A stretch of 64,000 bases of DNA from Octopus vulgaris (Eukaryota), in NCBI GenBank assembly GCA_951406725.2, contig OX597836.1, positions 10,168,001-10,232,000 of the forward strand, written 5' to 3'. Position numbers and translations under genes: made by a program. Of this stretch, positions 54,868-64,000 are shown one piece after another (positions within the stretch are counted from its first letter, which is position 1; each line of letters opens with the position of its first letter). The notes under the pieces were generated by a model, which was not told the origin of the DNA, did not search any database, and worked only from the letters and a program-made list of their open reading frames with translations.

Positions 54868-55737
54868 TCTTTACTCTTTTACTTGTTTCAGTCATGTGAC
54901 TGTGGCCATGCTGGAGCACCGCACTTAGTCGAGCAAATCGACCCCAGGACTTATACATACATACATGCATGTATGTGTGTGTATGTATATGTATGTATGT
55001 GTACATGTTTATATATACATGCTTGTATGTATGTTTATATGCATGTATATATGTATGTATGTTTGTTTGTATGTATGCATATATCTATGTATTTATGTAC
55101 GTATATATATGTATGTATACATGCTTGTGTTTATGCATGCATGTATGTATGTATGTATAATAATAATGAAATTATTGTATACAGTGCTCAGGTGCACCAC
55201 AACTTGTCAGAAAGTGCGTATATAGTATATGTATGTATGTGCGTATAAAGTATGTATGTATGTATGTATGTGCGTATAATGTATGTATGTATGTCTGTAT
55301 GTGCGTATAAAGTATGTATGTATGTATGTATGTACGTATATTTCGGGAATCAGTCGGTGATTCACTCCGTCGCTACCGAGTGTTTTGTACGAAGGGTGTG
55401 TCGTTGAAACCAGAAAAAAGATTAGCTTGATAATTGAGCGTTTTAGAGCAGACAGGAGAGAAGACAAGGCAGGGAAGCCAACACGAAGACCTCTGTTGCA
55501 TACAATACATTTTATTTTGTTCTTGGCTTAATCATAATCAGACATTTACGAAACTAGTTTTATAAAAAGTGATGTGAAAGGAGATATTTTCTGTTGGCCA
55601 AACAATTTTTTAATATGTTGCAGATATTTATAACGAATGCCCCGTATACAACAACGTCTAAGCCTCGGATGAGTTATGTCGATTCTTATTTGAATTCGTT
55701 TCGGTTTACCTCCCTTGCTAAGGGCCATTATGAAACC

Positions 55738-56340
<603 letters not shown>

Positions 56341-56855
56341 AATGCTCGTTTTTCTGTTTTTGTGGTCGGAATCATATGCTTCTGCGAGAGATATTTAGTT
56401 AGCGGTGAATCTCTTGTGCGTGGTTTATTGAATTTAATATTCAGTAGGTTTCATCCAGCTGTATTTTCTGTGTTCAAATACCGCCGAGGTCGACTTTAAC
56501 TTTCATCCTTTTAGGGTAGATAAAATAAGTTCCAGTTGAGTTCTAGGGCCGATGGAATCGACTTATGGCCTGGCTGGCTTGTGCCAAAATTCGAAATCAG
56601 TATTCAATAGGCTGAAGGCGGTGAGCTGGCAAAATCGTTAGCACGTCGTAGAAACTGAAATTGCTTAGCACCATTTCTCCCGCCCGACGTACATATACCC
56701 ATTGTCTCGTGATGTCAAATTACAAATAGAAGCCCTAAAAAATGTCATGGAAGTAGGGAACGCTTGGAGAGAAAGAGTAGTTTTGGTCTGGTCAACCTGC
56801 TCGAGACGATAGACAGAAAACAACTCCAGTACTTCATTTAGCGTTTTATTTTTTA

Positions 56856-57153
56856 CTAGCAGTATCGCCCGGCGTTGCTCGGATTTGTAAGGGAAATAAC
56901 TATATAAGCATTTTTAGAGAGTTATTTCCCTTATATAATAGCAAAAAATGCATTAAAAATGGGAAAAATTGATGGTAAATTTTTTTTTAAATCGTAGACT
57001 CATCGTAGACGCGCACTAATACCCAGAAGGGCTCCATATGAATCATGACTATAAGATACCCGGTTTTGGTTAAACTGCACCGCAAAATGTGGGAGTAGTT
57101 AGGAATCTAAATCGTAGGAGACAGACACACAACCTCACTTTTATATATAAAGA
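56856..57153 (-). mobile_element. Non-autonomous Helitron inserted in a decayed SINE-B
   Basis: Minus strand: A|TCtttatatataaa...ccgagcaacgccgggcgatactgCTAG|T. The last 24 nt match the 3' end of 4712-5090. Confidence 0.85.
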
Positions 57154-57480
57154 TTAACCCCGAAATGAGGAAAGGCGACGTTAATATCTCAATGGAATCT
57201 GAACTCAGAAGATTAAGGACCAGGACAAATAACACAAGGTATTTTATTCGACGCTCTAACGATTTTGCTAATGCACCATTTTATACGATAATACAATTTG
57301 TAGAGAGTTGTGTGCGACTGAACAATTGAAATCCTCGTTCATCGAAGCATAAACGAATTTACAGATAGGTGGACTGGATCGATTGAGATCTATAAATCTA
57401 TAACAAATCAATTGATTGAATTTATCATTCATCGATAAATCCTTAAGTAGTAATCGTATTATTTTTTTTATGTCTTACAT

Positions 57481-57751
57481 CAGTGGTTCTCGGCCGGGGT
57501 CTACATGACCCTTAGGGTTCCGCATAAGATTCTGTTGTTAAAATTTATGTCCAATAAACTGGTTATATTTATACAATACACAAAATATTTCTAGCAATTT
57601 TTATTATGCAGTTCCTAATAATATTTAATTCTAAAAATATGATAGGATTTTTGTTAACACCGAATGGCAAGGAGGGTCCATAGCAAAATAGGTTCGAGTA
57701 AAATAAGAATCAAGGGTATTCTATGGGCAAAAAAACGGTTGAGAACCATAG
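57481..57751. mobile_element. hAT-type MITE
   Basis: Ends cagtggttctcggccg and cggttgagaaccatag, same family as 45014-45671. Confidence 0.7.
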
Positions 57752-57936
57752 TTGTAGGTTTTTCGGCCATTGGACTGCAGCCAGTCCAATGTAGGGATTA
57801 GTCGAACAAATTGCACCAGTACTTACTTACTAAGTCTGGTATTCTATTGTTTATCATTTACGAAGCCGCTAAGTTACGGGAACGTAAACAAACCGACACC
57901 GGCTTTCAAGCAATGGATAAGGATAAACCCAAGCCA

Positions 57937-57968
<32 letters not shown>

Positions 57969-59241
57969 ACACACACACACACATTTACAAACGTACACGC
58001 AGGTGATCACGAGTTTAAAATGGTGTATAGTAGTCGTATGTATGTATGTATGAATGTATGTGTGTGAGAGAGTGTTTCTTAGCGATGGACGGCAGAAAAA
58101 CCACCTACCCCCTCTCTCCTTAAAGCTACGTATTCCTCACACCCTGCATTCTGTGTGTATGTGTGTGTGTGAGTGTTGTATCTATGTATTTACGAAAGTA
58201 TGTATGTAACGTCGCGTGTATATGACAACTGTCGTAACGTTATCATCCTATTGCCACCGGTGTTCTATTGCAACCTCATTTTATCATATAATTCGCCCAA
58301 TACCGCGGTGGGGGAGGGCACATTATAGATTTTTATTGAAATTCAATTAGCCTTTAATTGAACTGGATGTTAGTGTAACATGTATGCAAAGTTTCGTGAA
58401 TACTGGTTTGTTGGTTTAGGCACTAAGATGGTAACAGATAGACAGAAATTGGCATTTACATATATATATATATATAAATAGTGGAAATTCAATGGACAAA
58501 CGACACGAGATTTTCATAAATAAGGCCTGTGTGTGTACGTGTGTGTGTGTGAGTTTGCGCATATTATCTCTATATGTATATTATACAGACACATGCACAC
58601 ATACACACACACACAAACATATATATACACGTCCTCACACATTTTAATCGACATTGTAATTTTCGGGACTGTGTTTAAAATTGCCGGTTTTATGGACGAA
58701 GTGTACAAATTGTGTTGTTAAAAATGCGATGTTATTATCTGATCTAATAAAGCACAGCAGTAATAAAAAACAAAAAATACTGGTTTCATTTACCAAATTG
58801 CACAAAAAAACAAACAAACAAAAATAAATAACAATTATAATAACTACCCTAAAATAATTTTTATGTGGTAGATATAAATATTGATATAGCCTTATCTTAT
58901 CGTTATTGTCGGCTATTTAGTTAAGGTAAATTTTTTATGAGAGGATCTGAATGCTTTTTGTAGATACAAATATTTAGATAATAGCAATGAATGTATAGGT
59001 ATATCTTTCGCTTTCTATTTATTGTAATGTATGTTTCGCGTGTCGTGTATTTAAGTATTTAAGTATTTATACTTAGAGTATAATAATACGAATTTCTGGG
59101 ATTTATTTTTTTTTATATTATTAATAACGGTGTATATGTTTGTACGTGTTTTTTGTTTTCTTTTCAAAAATCTCTTCCTCGTCTCTGCTTGCAATGTAAT
59201 GTTTGTATATTTATGTATGCATGCATGTGTATGTATGTGTG

Positions 59242-59299
<58 letters not shown>

Positions 59300-59325
59300 T
59301 ATTTATATATATATATGTATGTATG

Positions 59326-59446
<121 letters not shown>

Positions 59447-59459
59447 ATATATATATATG

Positions 59460-59508
<49 letters not shown>

Positions 59509-59728
59509 ACACACACACACACATATAGGCACAGGGGACGGTGTGTGGTAAGAAGCTTGCTTCCCAACCACATGATTCCGGGTTCAGTCCCACTGCATGG
59601 CACATTGGGCAAGTGTCTTCTACTATAGCCTCGGGCTGACCAAAGCCTTGTGAGAGGATGTGGTAGACGGAAACTGAAAAGAAGCCCGTTGTAAGTATGT
59701 ATGTATGTATGTATGTATGTATGTATGT

Positions 59729-59774
<46 letters not shown>

Positions 59775-59778
<4 letters not shown>

Positions 59779-59935
59779 AATGTAATATGTGACGATTATT
59801 CTGTAGCCATGATAAACTCTGAGTTTTATCATGTCTACCGAATAATTGTCACATATTACATTTACAGATAAATTCCTCTATTTACATAATATCGAGGTAT
59901 CTTTCATTCTTTTGTTGTCTTACCATTTCTATCAA
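59775..59935. repeat. Fold-back (about 45-bp arms) plus a dispersed repeat also seen at 14666-14722
   Basis: tgtaaatgtaatatgtgac...gtcacatattacatttaca, followed by attcctctatttacataatat.gaggt..ctttcattcttttgttgtcttaccatt. Confidence 0.85.
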
Positions 59936-59947
59936 TATATATATATA

Positions 59948-60085
59948 CTGTTGTGTCTGGGGAGAGTCATTTTCTTTTTGTGCCTTATGATTTAACACAC
60001 TCACCGGTAAAATTTCCATGTTTTTCTTATTTTTATTTTCCTAAAATTTTCATTGCGTCTTGCAACCTTTTCAATAGTCTTGACT
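59948..60085 (-). mobile_element. Dispersed element related to the 93-bp minisatellite end, carrying a hammerhead-like motif
   Basis: ctgttgtgtctggggagag.cattttctttttgtgccttat.at.taacacactcaccggtaaaatttcca matches 32533-32603. Confidence 0.7.
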
Positions 60086-60348
60086 CTGTCCGTTAATTAC
60101 ACTGTGTTCCTTTTTGTTTGTTTGTGCGCATGCGTGTGGGTCAGTGTGTGTGTGTGTGTGTGCCTATGCAAGCATGCATGTACGTATGTATGTATGTCTG
60201 TATGTATGTATGCATGTGTGTGTATGTATATATGTGTGTGTATACATATGTATATATGTATGTATGTGTGTGCATCTGTATGTATGTATTCTGCATATTC
60301 ATGTGCTTGCATGTCCGTATTTGTGTATTTTCTATGTATGTATGTGTG

Positions 60349-60414
<66 letters not shown>

Positions 60415-60415
60415 G

Positions 60416-60447
<32 letters not shown>

Positions 60448-60693
60448 CATACATACATACATACACACATACTTACACACATACATACACACACACATAC
60501 ATACATACATACACACATACACACACATACATACGCACACATACACACACACATACACACATACACACACACACATACACACTCACATACACACATACAC
60601 ACATACACACATACATACATACATACACATACATACACACACATATACATACACACTCATACACACACATACATACATACATACATACACACA

Positions 60694-60755
<62 letters not shown>

Positions 60756-61062
60756 AGTGAGTGAGTGAACAGACGAGCGGAGGTGGTACTCAACACATAG
60801 TCGGACCCTCATCCACGTTAGTGCAATTGCAGCTTCGTTTCATTTGTTGCTTCAGTTTCGTTTCGTCTGCGTTTAGCAGTTCCTTTCTCATCCAATTTCT
60901 CCAGATAGTCTTAACCTCCATTTCTTCCACGCCATTCTGTTTACTGTTTGCTTTATTGATGAAATTTCAATGGCCATTGCTGCAGATAGTCGTTTGGTTT
61001 TTCGTGACACGGAGTATGGAGATTAAGGGATGTTTTCTTAACCTTACTGACAGGATTCATCC

Positions 61063-61134
<72 letters not shown>

Positions 61135-61136
61135 CA

Positions 61137-61203
<67 letters not shown>

Positions 61204-61343
61204 TGTTGTTGTTGTTACTGTTGTTGTTGTTGTTGTTGCTGTTTCCTTTTTATCTCTTCAATGTTTTGTCTGAAAAAGAGTTCAGTTCACGAAGAAACTA
61301 CTTTTTAATTATTATTTACCGAAAACGTACTTACGTACATACA

Positions 61344-61375
<32 letters not shown>

Positions 61376-61451
61376 ATGTATAAACACATGTGTGTATGTG
61401 TATATTGTGTGTATACATGTATAAATATATGTTTACATGCATTTTATATTG

Positions 61452-61516
<65 letters not shown>

Positions 61517-61554
61517 CTGTGTGTCTCTGTGCGTGTACGTGTTTGGTGATGGTC

Positions 61555-61980
<426 letters not shown>

Positions 61981-62516
61981 CTCACACACGCGCGCGCACT
62001 ATTTCAGTGTTCCATGAAGAAGAGAACTAAAACCCTTTATTAACTTCGAGGCATAGTATTCTGACAATGCCGAGCAATGATCAAGGCGTATGCAGTTTGT
62101 TTCCTCAATATTCTTTAGCGTTTCTCCTGCGCTCCGTTTCACAGACAACAACTAAAGATTTGTCGAATTTGAAACAGACAAAGACGAATGAAACGACGGG
62201 TTTGGATCGGCATTAAAACAGAAAAAAAGAGACGATTTCACAACAATTTGAAGACGTTAAACAGTTTGATCTCATCATTGTCTCCGTGAATTGGATGCGA
62301 AGATAAAAAAGAAAAAAAAACAAGTGATGACTATTGTTTGTGGTCATGAAGATAACAGTTAAAAACCAGGCTATTGAAGATGAGAGCCTTAAAGTAAACA
62401 GTTTGGGATTATTGTTGGATGGGTGACTGCTGGCGGTGATGGGGTTAAATCTGTAGAATAATGTTTGTCGCTGCTGGGTATTCATCGAGATTTCAGTGTG
62501 AGCCTGTGTATATATG

Positions 62517-62750
62517 TACTCTTTTACTCATATATTTGTTTCAGTCATTTGACTGTGGCCATGCTGGAGCACCGCATTTAGTCGAACAAATCGACCCCAG
62601 GACATATTCTTTGTAAGCCTAGTACTTATTCTATCGGGTCTCTTTTGCCGAACCGCTAAGTTACGGGGAAGTAAACACACCAGCATCTGTTGTCAAGCGA
62701 TGTTGCGGGGTGGGGACAAACACAGACGTACAAACATACACACATATATA
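62517..62750 (-). mobile_element. SINE-A 3' half, cut off where the Penelope-like element begins
   Basis: Tail half aligns to family A. Confidence 0.85.
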
Positions 62751-62804
62751 CATAATGTCCCGTCCGTGTTTTTTGTATCGTCTTCTAAATGTTTTGCGTT
62801 CTTG

Positions 62805-63713
62805 TCCCAATACCTTCTTTTTAATTCATGCCACCCAAGACACACTAAAACAAACATCCCCTTCAACCTTGCAAGAAGGATTTGCACAATAGTGTCAGAA
62901 CAAAATACCAGAAACTTTAGACTGCAAGAACTCAAAAACACCCTAATTGACAGGCATTACCCAGCTCAACTCATAGAGGATGGGATCAGACGTGCAACAG
63001 AAATCAACATAGAAACTTTAAGAAAAGTTCAACACAACAACACACCTTCCCCGAAAATACTACCTTACATATCTACATACAACCCCAGAAACAAAGAAGC
63101 TTTCACCATCATCATCCAGAATTTACCAATACTTCATAAGGACCCCAAATTAAAGGAAATTCTAAACATACACCAAATCATTAAAAGCTACAAACAACCT
63201 AAATCACTTAAAAAGATTCTCACAAAGGCAAAATTGTTTTCTGAAATTACGGATGCAAAAGTAAAAAAATGTGGTAGACCGAACTGTGCAACATGTCCAA
63301 ACCTGCTAGAAGGATCAGAATTCCTCTTCAAAGAGGGACAGAAATTCAAGATCAAATCTAATTTTACTTGTGCCCCTGAAAACATAATTTATGTCATAAG
63401 ATACTCGGGCTGCCACCAAAACTACGTGGGTTCCACGGGACTATCACTCAGACGTAGATGCACACTGCATCGACAACAGATTGCATTCCCAGAATACAGA
63501 ATGATACCCTTTAGTGAGCACATTGAGAAATGCGCAAAGCAACTACTACCAGAATTTTTAATCTTTCCATTTTACCAATGTGCTGTCGGAACACCAACAC
63601 AAATTAGACTAAACAAGGAAACATTCTTCATTGAAAAATACAAGCCCAAACTTAACCATTCCAACATTCTTATACAGAGAAACTCACTCCCAAAAAAAGG
63701 CAAGAAATATTAA
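62805..63713 (+). CDS. Penelope-like element ORF, 5'-truncated: RT thumb, Cys-rich linker and GIY-YIG endonuclease
   Basis: YLLFNSCHPRHTKTNIPFNLARRI (thumb), CGRPNCATC (Cys linker, Neptune-like), NIIYVIRYSGCHQNYVGST...LRRRCTLHRQQI...EH...RLNKETFFIEKYKPKLN (GIY-YIG). Uninterrupted for about 300 codons. The first about 35 aa of the called ORF come from the SINE and junction. Confidence 0.92.
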   Translation, partial: SQYLLFNSCHPRHTKTNIPFNLARRICTIVSEQNTRNFRLQELKNTLIDRHYPAQLIEDGIRRATEINIETLRKVQHNNTPSPKILPYISTYNPRNKEAFTIIIQNLPILHKDPKLKEILNIHQIIKSYKQPKSLKKILTKAKLFSEITDAKVKKCGRPNCATCPNLLEGSEFLFKEGQKFKIKSNFTCAPENIIYVIRYSGCHQNYVGSTGLSLRRRCTLHRQQIAFPEYRMIPFSEHIEKCAKQLLPEFLIFPFYQCAVGTPTQIRLNKETFFIEKYKPKLNHSNILIQRNSLPKKGKKY

Positions 63714-63804
63714 GCGATTATCTCCCTTACATCGGAAGAAATCACTTATTACCTCCCCTTATCTGGAACTCTCCTTCACACTCTCAACGTAAACATAACG
63801 ATGT

Positions 63805-63844
63805 AAGAAATTTGAAAAGCTGAACGCGAAACCGGTTATTTCTT
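63805..63844 (+). ncRNA. Hammerhead-like motif in the Penelope 3' terminal region (variant core)
   Basis: aagaaat-TTGAAAA-gctgaacgc-GAAA-ccgg-TT-atttctt: 7-bp stem I, 2-bp stem II, palindromic stem III. Confidence 0.55.
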
Positions 63845-63960
63845 CAAAAACTATGTCATTGTAGGAAACAAATTTATAACATTCTTCAGACATAATGACT
63901 CAAATATATATTTTTTAACCTTTTAAAACAAGCCTTCTGTAGTTTTTTCACTTTTTACTA

Positions 63961-64000
<40 letters not shown>

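Noticed and set aside
58240-58475. Additional Helitron 5' fragment on the minus strand
   Set aside because: The interior resembles non-autonomous Helitrons, but neither a TC start nor a hairpin-CTAG end could be placed.

Overview
Eukaryotic, AT-rich, microsatellite-saturated non-coding DNA. A cephalopod (octopus-like) origin is my inference from the SINE content and the 5S sequence. I recognise no intact host protein-coding exon, and nearly all ORF-track entries are translations of (TA)n, (CA)n, (TATG)n or trinucleotide tracts. The window is a nest of mobile elements: four tRNA-headed SINE families (my labels A-D, about 50 copies or fragments by eye), a 5S rRNA copy fused to the family-A 3' tail, a 5'-truncated Penelope-like element (RT thumb plus GIY-YIG), L1/Tx1 and RTE LINE fragments, three Helitrons with recognisable ends, a mariner remnant, hAT-type MITEs, a probable LTR with PBS, a 22-copy 93-bp minisatellite, and an interstitial (TTAGGG)7 tract. 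Best leads: (1) a candidate 5S-derived SINE with a compensated tail hairpin; (2) seven hammerhead-like motifs, most with recurrent non-canonical cores; (3) SINE-B 184-bp multimers with the same junction at two loci, and a SINE-B tail shared with the Tx1-like LINE. All alignments and coordinates were done by eye, and element boundaries may be off by a few bases.
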